Virus record (IMG/VR): IMGVR_UViG_3300028197_000003
Span: 1-64,000 of that record
Source of the DNA: a virus
Length of the DNA: 64,000 nucleotides
Strand: one strand, 5' to 3'
This document shows, piece after piece, positions 18,301-28,060 of the stretch (positions are counted from its first letter, which is position 1; each line of letters starts with the position of its first letter). The position numbers were made by a program, and so were the translations under genes. The notes under the pieces were generated by a model. It ran no database searches, was not told the DNA's origin, and worked only from the letters and a program-made list of their open reading frames with translations.

Positions 18301-21300
18301 CCTGTCGGATCCTCCAATCTTTGTCAATATTGTTGGTCGTCAGGGAATAACTACATCAAATGCAACGGCAACTCCTGTTATACGGGGGGACATTATTGGT
18401 GCTGAGGTTACTGAGAACGGAACTAAGTTTGGTTCTACTGTTATCAATGATAACCATCGTCCAGAAATCAAGGTAATTGAAGGTAAGAATACTTTCTTAC
18501 AACCATTCATTGTAAATGGTCGTATAGATCAAATTATTATCAAAGCAGGTGGTCAAGACTTCTTCAATATCCCAGATATTATAATTTCTGGTGATGGTGT
18601 TGGTGCTAAAGCAAAAGCAATTGTATCAAATGGAGAAGTTGTTGATATTGTAATGATTGAAAAGGGTGCAAATTACACCCAGGTAATGACTACTGCAAAA
18701 GCAGTAACACCTGGTACTGGAGCATTATTTTCCGCTAACGTCAAAACTTGGACAATCAATAATGTTGATCGCTTTGCCAAATTAGGTGACGTTCAAACTG
18801 ATGATGGATTCTACGGTTCACCTCGGGAATCAAAGTTTGGTTTACCTTACATAAACTATTACGTCCCAAGACAACTTCGTAGTTATCTGGGTGATGAAGG
18901 TATTGGGCACTCACCTATTTTGGGATATGCTTATGATGGCAACCCAATTTATGGACCTTATGCTTTCAGTGGAACAAATGGAGGTTCTCTCAAGTACATG
19001 CAATCCAGTTATGTCAAGGTAACTGGTCAGCGTTTTGATGGACCCCAATTACTGAATTTCCCAGCAGGGTTCTTTGTTGAAGATTACAAATATGTTCCTG
19101 GATCAGGTGATCTGGATGAACATAATGGACGATTTGCAGTTACTCCGGAGTATCCTAATGGCATCTACGCTTATTACACAACAGTATCTACTAATCTGGT
19201 TTCAAACGCTGGAGATCCTTTCCACAATGCAAGATCTCCAATCTTCCCATACGTTATAGGAGATAGTTATAGATCCAAGATTGAATCTAAAAACTTTGAC
19301 TATGATTTTGACCAACGTCAAGATCCTAATCAATATGGGGTAGTCAAAAATACTAAGTCATTCAATATCACTGAATATGAGTTTATTTCAAACTCAAATC
19401 GCGGATCAAGTATTCAATCAAGAATTCTTTCGACTGAACAGGGTCCAATTGAAACTGTAAAAATTATTGAAAGTGGTGAAGGATACTATGTTGGAGACTC
19501 CTTGTCTTTCAACAACACTGACACCAATGGTTTTGGTGCTATTGCCAAAATTAGTAAAATTGTTGGACCCGAAGTATCTACGATCGATTCTAGTCGCCTT
19601 GAACTTGAAGATGTAGAGTTTATTTTCAAAGAAGGACAAGTAACAGGAATTACTACCCTTCCTCATAATCTAGGCAATAACTCTTTTATTCTAGTATCTG
19701 ACCTTAGTTCAACTAACCATATCCAGATGGAAGGTATCCATCAGATCGTGGTGAAGAGTGTAACTTCTGGTATCTCCACTCAATTATCTACTGTTGGCGC
19801 TACTGCTGGTATAACCACTAGTATTCGCGTATTTGATAACGTCAATATTTTTGAAGTAGATGACATTATCCAAGTGGATAATGAGCAGATGAAAGTGTTT
19901 GAAATTGACACTCTTCAAAATCAAATTGATTTGATTCGTGCAGTCAACGGAACTGTATCCGCAGCACATACATTTGGTGCTGCCATCAAACTTTTACCGA
20001 CTAAGTTTGAATATAGAATACCTTTTGTTCCTGCCACACCTAATAACTATACAGTCTATTTTGACGCTGGTAACCAAGTTGGTTTGGGCCTTTCTTATGG
20101 TGCAGCAAACAATCATACCGTTGACACTGTTGACTTTGGACAGCAAACGATTCCTACCCGGTCGTTATTCATTCCTCGCCATAGTTTTCAACCTGGTGAC
20201 AAAATCAAATACAACTCAGAGAATGGCACTCGACTGAATTATCAACCTACTACAGGTGCTGGTGGAACATCAAGTGGTTGGACTTCACCTCTTCCTGAGA
20301 CTAACTTGTTTGTTCAAGTTTTGAGTCAGAATACCATTGGTATCGTTACCACGTTTGCTGGCATTGGTTCTGCTGATGCACGGGTAATGTACTATCCAGA
20401 TCAAACTGGTATTGGTAATACTCACTTCTTCAAAACTGATAGAGGTTCTGTTACTGGTAAGGTTAGTACAACTAATGTTTTGGCAACCACAAAAGAGGCA
20501 CATAGTCTGCGTCCTCTAGACACGATTGAAATGACTGTGGTATCGGCGGCAACGTCCTCCGTGGCATTAGTTTACAATCCCGGCGATCGTTTTGTCAGTA
20601 TCGGCAACTCTGCTAACCCACGTATCGATGTCACTCGTGGGGATACACTTGAGTTTGATATTTCTGATGCCAGCATGCTGGATACTAAGATTCAATTCTT
20701 CCTTGATCCCAAATATCATAAAGAATTTGTTGGTTCTGGTAATACTACACCACAAGTAACTTACGACGGCATTCCTGGAAATGCAGATGCTAAGGCAACT
20801 GTATCAATGAATAGTGATGCTCCTGAGGTTTTATTCTATAAGATCAATTCTTTAGACATTGGCAAAAATATTGACGAAAACATTGACATTGATGATCATA
20901 ATAAGATTGTTGTAAACAATAGTATCTACACCGCATCTGGAACTATTAGCACTGTTGGTAGCAACCAATTTACATTCAATATTTTTAGAGAACCTGAGCG
21001 TGTTGGTTATACAACTCAAACCGCCAATATTGCTTATCTTACAAACACCACTAATGATGCTGGTCCAATTGGAGCAATTGAAATTACCTCAGGTGGTCTA
21101 AACTATCGCGATATTCCTCAAGTAAGTATTGCTTCTACCTCAGGAACATCCGCATTAGTTCGCCCTTCAGGTCCTATGATTGGAAAACTCAGAGAAGTCA
21201 ATATCTCTGGGTATGGATATGATTATCCTTCAGATAAAACCCTTCGTCCAGAAGCATCTGTTCCTCAGGTAATCTACATAAAAGACAACTTTACAATCAC

Positions 21301-23629
21301 TGATGTTGGTATTACTTCTGCCGGTAAGAAGTATCTGACACCTCCAGATCTGGTTATCTACAACTCCAAGACGGATCAAATTAGTGATACCACTAAATTC
21401 CGAGTAGATATACAGGGATCTGGTGTCAGTGCAGTCAAAATTATTAGTGGTGGTGGTAATTTACGTAGTGGTGACAATAAAATTGTTGCAATCAATAATA
21501 CCAATGGAGTTGGTATTGTTAGTGCCAGTTATGCATTCCCAAATGTTACTCTGACTCTCAAAACACCTCAATCTGGATTTACTAACTCTGTTCCCATTCC
21601 TTTTGCTGTGGGTGACAAGGTGTTTGTTGAAAACGTTGGTGTTACCACTGGTCATGGATATAACTCCGCTGACTTTGGTTATCAGTCGTTTGAGTTGACA
21701 GAAGTCAATGCAAACCTCAATGTCTTCAACGGTGCTTTCATCAAGTATCAGACAACACAAAACCCTGGTTCCTATGACAACGGTCAGTTTGGTTCTGTAG
21801 CAAATGCTGTTGATATTGCTCAGTTTGAAGCGGTTCTGAAAGAAAGTGAGTTTGACAGTGGAGAAACTATTCGCAATGAAAGTGACGCTTCTGCCAAGAT
21901 TGTTTTTGGTAAAGGAAAACGCCGTAATGTACTGCGTGTAGATACCGTTGAAGGTTTTGAAGTTGGCGACAAGATTACTGCTGAATTGTCAAACTCTGGC
22001 GGTACAATCGAACAGATCGATAAGGCAGATGGTCATTTTGAGACTGGCATCGTCTATAAAGGTCGTTTTGGATGGGAAACTGATACAGGCAAACTGTCTG
22101 ATATCACTCAGCGTATTCAAGATAGTGACTACTACCAACAATTCTCTTATTCTCTAAAGTCTAAGATTGGCATTTCTTCTTGGAGTGAACCAGTTGATTC
22201 GCTAGCACATATTGCTGGATTCAAAAAGCACTCTGACATGCTGATCAACTCCTCAGTTGTTGGATTAGGAACTACATCCATAATCACAATTGCTGGTGAC
22301 GGTGGTGATGCACAAGCAGTTGTATTGATTGAAAGTGAAGACAAACTCTCTTGTTTCAAGGCATTTGACACTGGGTTTGAAGAACCCGATCCCACTAACA
22401 CTACTAGTGACAAAATTGTATTCTCATCCACTAGATTTGGTGCCACAATTATTAGTAACACCAATCGGGTTTTAGAAATTGATGATATTAGTCCTCAATT
22501 CTATAATGATCCAGATGTTATTCGTGCTGTAATTATTGACACCTTCCCTGGTGCTGATAGTGGTATTGATCCCGTATCCGGTATCAAATATCATGCACAA
22601 GTGGTTTTAGATGAATCTCTTGGTCTAACTTTCAATACAACTCAGTTCTGCGAATTTATTGTCTTCTCTGACGGCACTAACAGTTTTATCAACCAATACT
22701 CGGATCTGTCAGATTCGTTTGATTTGGGAGAGTTTATTGCAGAAATGTCTGGTAGTGATGTTATCGTCAAGTTCCAACCTTTCAACAATACATTTACTTA
22801 CGACATCACATTCTATAAAGAAGAACTGCCTCGTACTGTGACTGCTGGTATTGGTAGCACTTCGTTTAGTCATGTAGAGAAAATTGGTCTTAGTTCTGCG
22901 TTCACTGCAAGTGGATCTCCTACTACGGTATCACTGCATGACATTGATGGAACTAAGTTCCGATCAGGTCTCATTGTTGTAGCACATGAGACTTCTACTG
23001 AGACTGAAATGGAAGAGTACAACTTCCTTATGGATGGAGCAAATAATGTTATCTACAGTGACTATGGCAACATGGACACTAATATTACTCTAGGTGATTT
23101 TGATATGGATAATGCTAGCAATGTTCTTAGTTTGACTTACACTCCTGCCGCCAATCAAGCGGTTGATGTTCACCTGATGGTGACTCAAGTTGGCGTTGCT
23201 CAAACAGCACAATCTAACGTTTCCGGCATCAGTACCTTATCAGTAGGAGATAGTGAACTAGAAGGTGCTTATATAGAAATTGGTGCTGCTGGAAGTCCTT
23301 CCAATACTCCAATATCAATCAAGGATACTGGAACCTTCACATCAGTCAAGTATTTTGTACAAATACATAATACTACGGATGATGAATACTCTGCGTTTAC
23401 TGTTGCTGGTAATTCTACAAACGGTAATCTCAACTATAACACCTACAACAACTTGTCCAACGCTTCTAATGAAAAGCGTGACATTCGTAATGTAGAAATG
23501 GACCTTGATGGCACCGACATGCGTCTAATGTTTATGCCCCTAGCAAACAAAGAATATGTTTGCCGCACTTACGAGATTCGACTTGATCGACCCGATAGTA
23601 TCGCCCAAGATACGACGATAAACCTCTAA
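15386..23629 (+). CDS. gp7: Giant baseplate wedge initiator (gp7-like) with split YHYH-type domain and repeats
   Basis: Position between gp6 and gp8; QSQIP, KGTEESFKILFGALYGE; GYAYDGNPIYGP and DLDEHNG motifs; IQDSDYYQQFSY. Confidence 0.7.
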   Translation: MIETSLTRVKIHEVVQSQIPESIDSESPLFGEFMKQYYLSQEYQGGTIDIAENLVEYKGLDVLNNNNLIGFASVSQYIGGRDNIIYVDSTNGWPASWGLLKINDEIITYTGIGSTSFTGCQRAFSGIENNQKTNSPEFLTFTNSGLGTHGIGAKVTNLSNVFLQTFLKKLKKQVLPGFSERPLNEKVNQNNFIRQAKDFFSTKGTEESFKILFGALYGEEVEMLQPARYMIRPSSADYLTNDVILAKAKRGNALKIDGQTISQGNGISASVYSVESTIVGIHTFYAIRLSQDTTFGAFQQTNKSFVTREIPSGATVLDVDSTVGFGTAGYFGMGGKTYQYTDKNYTQFIGITSTTAVTAIGSTVTFGVDAISYEDGDLTKPVSVEVVGILSKFVGNSVNQQRESIINVKQLGNIETDNRFTTWIQNSTPKHTLVGWKVIAPGKYQLDLSRPHDFLVDDTFDVVDPDNNINPATIVSIIDSTSIIVTTAALDPTIVYFIRRNLKLQNNYTANVQATYRDPNDAVFVASNSLPHWPINASKRSRTLYPFLKPFGTELEIIDHHFADGDIVTYNSVQGSKLENLIEGDSYYVKRINGNKFSLAFTSENVRNGNYIVGITTSDSNTNTEHSFTPVQFVDKENSPQSLLRKFPVATFDEISPMSAPGPIGLFANGVEIHSYKSTEKVFYGALNTIDILNSGSNYDIINPPRLSVSQSGHTGIGASCVAQVKGTLKEILVDTEGVDYQEMPLVTIKGGNHKGSAVIIPQLKIVAQEIEFDATSSGGVVNTEEDRFQFKAPHGFKPGEAVIYTTGGTSEIGIGTTPGNLIDGNPYYVVVKDDFEIMLSESPTKAIAGIGTIPIDSNGAGVHKLSTIDRRNKLDKIYVDQSGTFYNRTLRVTSGTVGINTFIDAFYYPNHGFVNGDQIRYEAPDAIAVGGLNKGSDYYCRKIDEDSFRLATVEDGDSYVSLLSNGSGSHFLSDPPIFVNIVGRQGITTSNATATPVIRGDIIGAEVTENGTKFGSTVINDNHRPEIKVIEGKNTFLQPFIVNGRIDQIIIKAGGQDFFNIPDIIISGDGVGAKAKAIVSNGEVVDIVMIEKGANYTQVMTTAKAVTPGTGALFSANVKTWTINNVDRFAKLGDVQTDDGFYGSPRESKFGLPYINYYVPRQLRSYLGDEGIGHSPILGYAYDGNPIYGPYAFSGTNGGSLKYMQSSYVKVTGQRFDGPQLLNFPAGFFVEDYKYVPGSGDLDEHNGRFAVTPEYPNGIYAYYTTVSTNLVSNAGDPFHNARSPIFPYVIGDSYRSKIESKNFDYDFDQRQDPNQYGVVKNTKSFNITEYEFISNSNRGSSIQSRILSTEQGPIETVKIIESGEGYYVGDSLSFNNTDTNGFGAIAKISKIVGPEVSTIDSSRLELEDVEFIFKEGQVTGITTLPHNLGNNSFILVSDLSSTNHIQMEGIHQIVVKSVTSGISTQLSTVGATAGITTSIRVFDNVNIFEVDDIIQVDNEQMKVFEIDTLQNQIDLIRAVNGTVSAAHTFGAAIKLLPTKFEYRIPFVPATPNNYTVYFDAGNQVGLGLSYGAANNHTVDTVDFGQQTIPTRSLFIPRHSFQPGDKIKYNSENGTRLNYQPTTGAGGTSSGWTSPLPETNLFVQVLSQNTIGIVTTFAGIGSADARVMYYPDQTGIGNTHFFKTDRGSVTGKVSTTNVLATTKEAHSLRPLDTIEMTVVSAATSSVALVYNPGDRFVSIGNSANPRIDVTRGDTLEFDISDASMLDTKIQFFLDPKYHKEFVGSGNTTPQVTYDGIPGNADAKATVSMNSDAPEVLFYKINSLDIGKNIDENIDIDDHNKIVVNNSIYTASGTISTVGSNQFTFNIFREPERVGYTTQTANIAYLTNTTNDAGPIGAIEITSGGLNYRDIPQVSIASTSGTSALVRPSGPMIGKLREVNISGYGYDYPSDKTLRPEASVPQVIYIKDNFTITDVGITSAGKKYLTPPDLVIYNSKTDQISDTTKFRVDIQGSGVSAVKIISGGGNLRSGDNKIVAINNTNGVGIVSASYAFPNVTLTLKTPQSGFTNSVPIPFAVGDKVFVENVGVTTGHGYNSADFGYQSFELTEVNANLNVFNGAFIKYQTTQNPGSYDNGQFGSVANAVDIAQFEAVLKESEFDSGETIRNESDASAKIVFGKGKRRNVLRVDTVEGFEVGDKITAELSNSGGTIEQIDKADGHFETGIVYKGRFGWETDTGKLSDITQRIQDSDYYQQFSYSLKSKIGISSWSEPVDSLAHIAGFKKHSDMLINSSVVGLGTTSIITIAGDGGDAQAVVLIESEDKLSCFKAFDTGFEEPDPTNTTSDKIVFSSTRFGATIISNTNRVLEIDDISPQFYNDPDVIRAVIIDTFPGADSGIDPVSGIKYHAQVVLDESLGLTFNTTQFCEFIVFSDGTNSFINQYSDLSDSFDLGEFIAEMSGSDVIVKFQPFNNTFTYDITFYKEELPRTVTAGIGSTSFSHVEKIGLSSAFTASGSPTTVSLHDIDGTKFRSGLIVVAHETSTETEMEEYNFLMDGANNVIYSDYGNMDTNITLGDFDMDNASNVLSLTYTPAANQAVDVHLMVTQVGVAQTAQSNVSGISTLSVGDSELEGAYIEIGAAGSPSNTPISIKDTGTFTSVKYFVQIHNTTDDEYSAFTVAGNSTNGNLNYNTYNNLSNASNEKRDIRNVEMDLDGTDMRLMFMPLANKEYVCRTYEIRLDRPDSIAQDTTINL

Positions 23630-26496
23630 TGACATTCAAACTCGGTTCTGTCAACAAACAATTCAACTCTGAAACGGAAAGTTTCAAACGCTCGTTCAAA
23701 TTGCGTCATAAACTTGATCCGATTTTTAGAAAGGAGTTTGATGGTGCCAGCACAAGTGCGGTCATTGTAGGTAGCAATACTATTGTTATCAATAATCACT
23801 TCTTTGTTACTGGGGAAAAGTTACACTACACGGCACAGGCAGGTAATGAACCTATTGGTATTGAACATGGTGTGAATGGTGTGGGTGCTGCTACCACATT
23901 ACCATCCGAGGTTTTTGCAATCAAAGTAAATGAGAATACTTTCAAATTAGCAGCAACAAAAGCACTTGCACTTACAGCAGATTCTATTGGAATCTCTACT
24001 GTAGGTATTGGTTCAACACATACATTCCAGGCACTAAAGCAAAATACTAAATGTATTATCTCTGTAGATAATATTATACAGTCACCCCTATATCAAAAAC
24101 ATGGTGTGACTACTACGTTAGATTCTATCGCTAACAAAAATGTTATCTTGACAGATGGATCTATCTTTGAAAGATTTGATCTATTCAAAATCAACGATGA
24201 GGTGATGAGAATTCGCCTGACTAACGTAGATGGTAATTCCAATAAGTTTACGGTAGATCGTGCTTGGATGGGAACGACAAAACAGTCCCATTCTAATGGC
24301 GATACTGTTCAGTTTTTGTTAGGCGATTATAATATTATTGATAATGACATTACATTTGTAGATGTTCCGTTTGGTGGTACTAGAAGAACAACCGGAATAT
24401 CATCAAATAGTTTCAATATTACTGCAAATTATTTTACTAGTCTAACTGATGATCTGGATACTGGTACAAAAATCAAGTTGAGATCTCTCAACCCACCAGT
24501 ACCTTTAGAATCAAATAGAGATTATTTTATTATCAAAAATGCTGCAAATAATTTTTCATTTGCAGATACAAAAGATGACGCTATAGTCGGCAATAAATTA
24601 GCACTAACTAGTGCTGGTATTGGTACTCACAATCTAGTCAATGCTGATGTTTTGGTGGGTAGCAGTTTCCAAGGTCGTGTGTTCCAACGTAGCAACTATG
24701 ATGGCAACATAATTTTTGATGACATTGCTGATCAGTTTACTGGTATTGGTAAAACATTTACGCTGAAAAAAGATAATACTGATGTCACTGGTATTACATC
24801 TGACTTCGGTGCAATTCTAATCAATAATATTTTCCAGAAACCTGATGTTGATTATGAGTTCATCAGTTCACCTAGTCCTGGTATCACTTCAGTATCGTTC
24901 AAGGGCAATGATCAACCAGGATTTATTGCTAATACCAATCCCAATGACGTAAACGCTAATCGTTTACCTAGAAAAGGTATTGTTGTTTCTTTCGCCAATA
25001 CTCAAGGTATTGGTTATGTTCCAGGTGCATATGACGATATTGCACTAGTCAGTGGTAATACTGGGATTGGTGTAAGTGTAAAGGTAACTGTTGGTACTGG
25101 TAAAAGTGTTGGTCAAATTGATATTGTAAATCCTGGTTATGGATATACTGTTGGTGAACTTCTCCAGGTGGTTGGTATTCCGACTATCTCTACCTATGGA
25201 CTTGATTTTACTCCCGCAGCAGTCACGGTCCTAGACACCTTTGATGATGAGTTTGCTGGATGGGTATTTGGTAAATTACAGATTCTTGATAATTTTTCTA
25301 GTCAGTTTGATGGAAAGCGTAGTGTATTTCAAATAACTAAAAACAATGTTCCCCTGAGTATTGAGAAACGTGGTGGGTCCGTAGTTGAGTTAGATCAAGT
25401 TTTATTGATCTTTATCAATGATGTTCTTCAAAAACCTGGCAAAGCATATATTTTTGAGGGTGGAACCAGAATCCGATTTACTGAACCACCTAGGGCAGGT
25501 TCAAGTCTTCAGTTCCTATTCTACAGAGGAACTGACGCTGACATTACTACAGCAGAAGATTTCCCTGATGTAAAAGAAGGAGATAACCTGACCCTAGGTA
25601 GACAAGACAGTCGTGTTATGCGTGGTGTATTGAGTAGAGATACTGTGCAGACCACGAACTACAAAGGTCCTCATATTACTGATGCTTCTATTCCTACGCG
25701 GGTTATTGATCTATGTAAGCAGACTGAAGATAGATTTGTTGAAGGCGTCAAAGTTCCTAAGTCTCGTCCTTCACTGGGAGCAAGAATTTTCCCCGCAGCA
25801 CGAGTTATTCGCAACATTGCTGCCCTTGACACTAATGTCTACTTGAATAGTGGTTCTTTGATCTTCAGTCTTACTGAAGGAAATACTTACAACCCACAAG
25901 AAGATTGGCCTATGCTTCTAGTAGATAATGAAGTAAACCCTGTAGGATATGGAACAACGGGTTTCAAAGTTGAAAAAGTTGAAAAAAATGTAGCTAACAT
26001 TGTAGGGGATAGTGGATATGTATGTGGTGTTGGTTCAACGGACCAAGGCATGCAAATTCACTTCCATATTTCATTGAATGATGCTCAACGCCAAAACCAA
26101 TATGGTGGTAAAATAAAAACTGGTATCGGTACAGGTGATTACTTTGTAATCTCTAAATCAAACGTTGGAAATGGTTTGACTGCTCTATCTCAAGATAGAA
26201 ATGAAATTGTCGGCACTGCTGTCACATGTATTGACGGCATTTACGAGTGTTCTCATATCGAAGATCTTGCATCTGATGTAGTCAAAGTGCACGTCAATAT
26301 TGTTAGTGGTCATGGACTTGATTTTACTGGCCTACACAGCGATGTTGGCACTCACTATGCAGAGTTTAGTTGGGCAAAAGTGACTGCAAATTCCGCCATT
26401 GGAACTAGCTTTACTATCAACACAACTGGTCTTACTGGTATAACAACTGCGCCTACTTTGATTCGCGAGCAAAAACTTCTCGTGGATTATCCATAA
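23629..26496 (+). CDS. Virion structural protein (baseplate-associated, 955 aa)
   Basis: TAATG-coupled to gp7-like gene; same repeat modules; Gly/Thr/Ser-rich beta composition. Confidence 0.75.
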   Translation: MTFKLGSVNKQFNSETESFKRSFKLRHKLDPIFRKEFDGASTSAVIVGSNTIVINNHFFVTGEKLHYTAQAGNEPIGIEHGVNGVGAATTLPSEVFAIKVNENTFKLAATKALALTADSIGISTVGIGSTHTFQALKQNTKCIISVDNIIQSPLYQKHGVTTTLDSIANKNVILTDGSIFERFDLFKINDEVMRIRLTNVDGNSNKFTVDRAWMGTTKQSHSNGDTVQFLLGDYNIIDNDITFVDVPFGGTRRTTGISSNSFNITANYFTSLTDDLDTGTKIKLRSLNPPVPLESNRDYFIIKNAANNFSFADTKDDAIVGNKLALTSAGIGTHNLVNADVLVGSSFQGRVFQRSNYDGNIIFDDIADQFTGIGKTFTLKKDNTDVTGITSDFGAILINNIFQKPDVDYEFISSPSPGITSVSFKGNDQPGFIANTNPNDVNANRLPRKGIVVSFANTQGIGYVPGAYDDIALVSGNTGIGVSVKVTVGTGKSVGQIDIVNPGYGYTVGELLQVVGIPTISTYGLDFTPAAVTVLDTFDDEFAGWVFGKLQILDNFSSQFDGKRSVFQITKNNVPLSIEKRGGSVVELDQVLLIFINDVLQKPGKAYIFEGGTRIRFTEPPRAGSSLQFLFYRGTDADITTAEDFPDVKEGDNLTLGRQDSRVMRGVLSRDTVQTTNYKGPHITDASIPTRVIDLCKQTEDRFVEGVKVPKSRPSLGARIFPAARVIRNIAALDTNVYLNSGSLIFSLTEGNTYNPQEDWPMLLVDNEVNPVGYGTTGFKVEKVEKNVANIVGDSGYVCGVGSTDQGMQIHFHISLNDAQRQNQYGGKIKTGIGTGDYFVISKSNVGNGLTALSQDRNEIVGTAVTCIDGIYECSHIEDLASDVVKVHVNIVSGHGLDFTGLHSDVGTHYAEFSWAKVTANSAIGTSFTINTTGLTGITTAPTLIREQKLLVDYP

Positions 26497-26499
26497 ATA
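26492..26499 (+). promoter_or_regulatory. T4-like late promoter (CATAAATA)
   Basis: NATAAATA upstream of gp8. Confidence 0.7.
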
Positions 26500-26526
26500 A
26501 GTTGAATCGAGAAGTCATTTAGCATA

Positions 26527-28056
26527 ATGCCAGCCATTATCACTGATCAAATTAGGGTATTGAATGCTTCTAACTTTGTCAGTGGAATTACTACCACTGA
26601 TAATAGTTATTATGTTTTCATGGGCTTGCCTAATGCTACCGATGTTGCATCGGATTGGAATACGGATACGCCGTCTCCAATAGACAATTTCAATGAACAT
26701 GATAATATTTACGACACGCTAATTAGTGCAAAAAAAATCACTAGTAGTGATATTTTGCGAGTAGTTAGAAAAATATCTTGGCTAAGTGGTACAACGTATG
26801 AGATGTATCGCCATGATTACAGTGTAAATCGTCTTACTCCTAACACCAGTGCAACTGGACTGTATAAGGCAAACTACTACGTGATGAACTCGGACTTTAG
26901 AGTTTATGAGTGCCTTTACAATGGCGCTGATCCTGCCAATGGTGGCAAAGGTGTAATTTCATTGCAAGAACCAGTTCACACTGATTTACAACCTCGCACA
27001 GAGAGTGATGGATATATTTGGAAGTATCTTTACACAATCAAACCTAGCAATATTGTCAAGTTTGATAGTGCAGAGTTCATTCCACTGCCCTCTGGATGGT
27101 CTCTAAGTACAGATACTGCAGATGTACGGAACACTGCTATTGAAGGTCGTGTAGAGGTAATTGTGATTGAGGACGTAACTAATGCGTCTTATCAATTCAC
27201 TGGAACAAAAAATAGTGTTCCTATAAAAGGTGATGGTGCCGGTGGTATGGCATCAGTCACGTTTGTGAATGGTAAACCTACTGCTGTCCAAGTCACTAGT
27301 GGCGGTACAGGATACAGTTTTGCGACTCTAGACCTTGACTCTGTTGTCACTGGTTCAGGTGCAGTGTTTACCGTCATCATTCCCCCTCCTGGAGGACATG
27401 GTGCTGACATCTATCGTGAACTTGGATCTAATAAAGTTCTCATTTACTCTCGCTTTGAGAACAGTGATGTAACAAACCCCGATTTCCCAACAGGAAATCA
27501 ATTTGCTCGACTTGGTATTATCAAAAACCCTGAAATGCAGGGTAGTTCCAATATTCTTACCGACCCCACGGTGTCCGCGATGTATGGCGTGCGACTAGCA
27601 GGCGCAGCATCTTCGACCATGGTGGTTGCCAACGATGGAGTTGTAAAACAAACAGTTGGTGTGGGATCTACTGCTATTGGAAAAATTATTTCGTATGATA
27701 ACACTACAAAGGTTCTGAATTATTGGCAAGATCGCTCTATGGCAGATGGATCTGCCAGTGCCCTTCACCAATACTCTCTAAATAGATTTACCAAAACCCC
27801 TGGTACGGGTGGATCTTTGAACATTGTTGTCAAAACAATTGGCGGAGAAGAAACCCTCACCGTCGATACAGCGTTTACTGGAGTCTCTACGACTATCAAT
27901 AATCGCACTTATTATTTGGGTCAAACGTACAATTCTGGTATTGCCTCCCCAGAGATCAAGAAGTATTCTGGCGACATTATCTACGTAGATAATCGTCCTG
28001 AAGTAACTAGAGCGTCTAACCAGCGAGAGGATATCAAGATCATCTTAGAATTCTGA
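26527..28056 (+). CDS. gp8: Baseplate wedge subunit
   Basis: MPAIITDQIRVLNASNF, YYVMNSDFRVYECL, DGYIWKYLYTI, GDIIYVDNR, EDIKIILEF. Confidence 0.9.
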   Translation: MPAIITDQIRVLNASNFVSGITTTDNSYYVFMGLPNATDVASDWNTDTPSPIDNFNEHDNIYDTLISAKKITSSDILRVVRKISWLSGTTYEMYRHDYSVNRLTPNTSATGLYKANYYVMNSDFRVYECLYNGADPANGGKGVISLQEPVHTDLQPRTESDGYIWKYLYTIKPSNIVKFDSAEFIPLPSGWSLSTDTADVRNTAIEGRVEVIVIEDVTNASYQFTGTKNSVPIKGDGAGGMASVTFVNGKPTAVQVTSGGTGYSFATLDLDSVVTGSGAVFTVIIPPPGGHGADIYRELGSNKVLIYSRFENSDVTNPDFPTGNQFARLGIIKNPEMQGSSNILTDPTVSAMYGVRLAGAASSTMVVANDGVVKQTVGVGSTAIGKIISYDNTTKVLNYWQDRSMADGSASALHQYSLNRFTKTPGTGGSLNIVVKTIGGEETLTVDTAFTGVSTTINNRTYYLGQTYNSGIASPEIKKYSGDIIYVDNRPEVTRASNQREDIKIILEF

Positions 28057-28060
28057 TACG

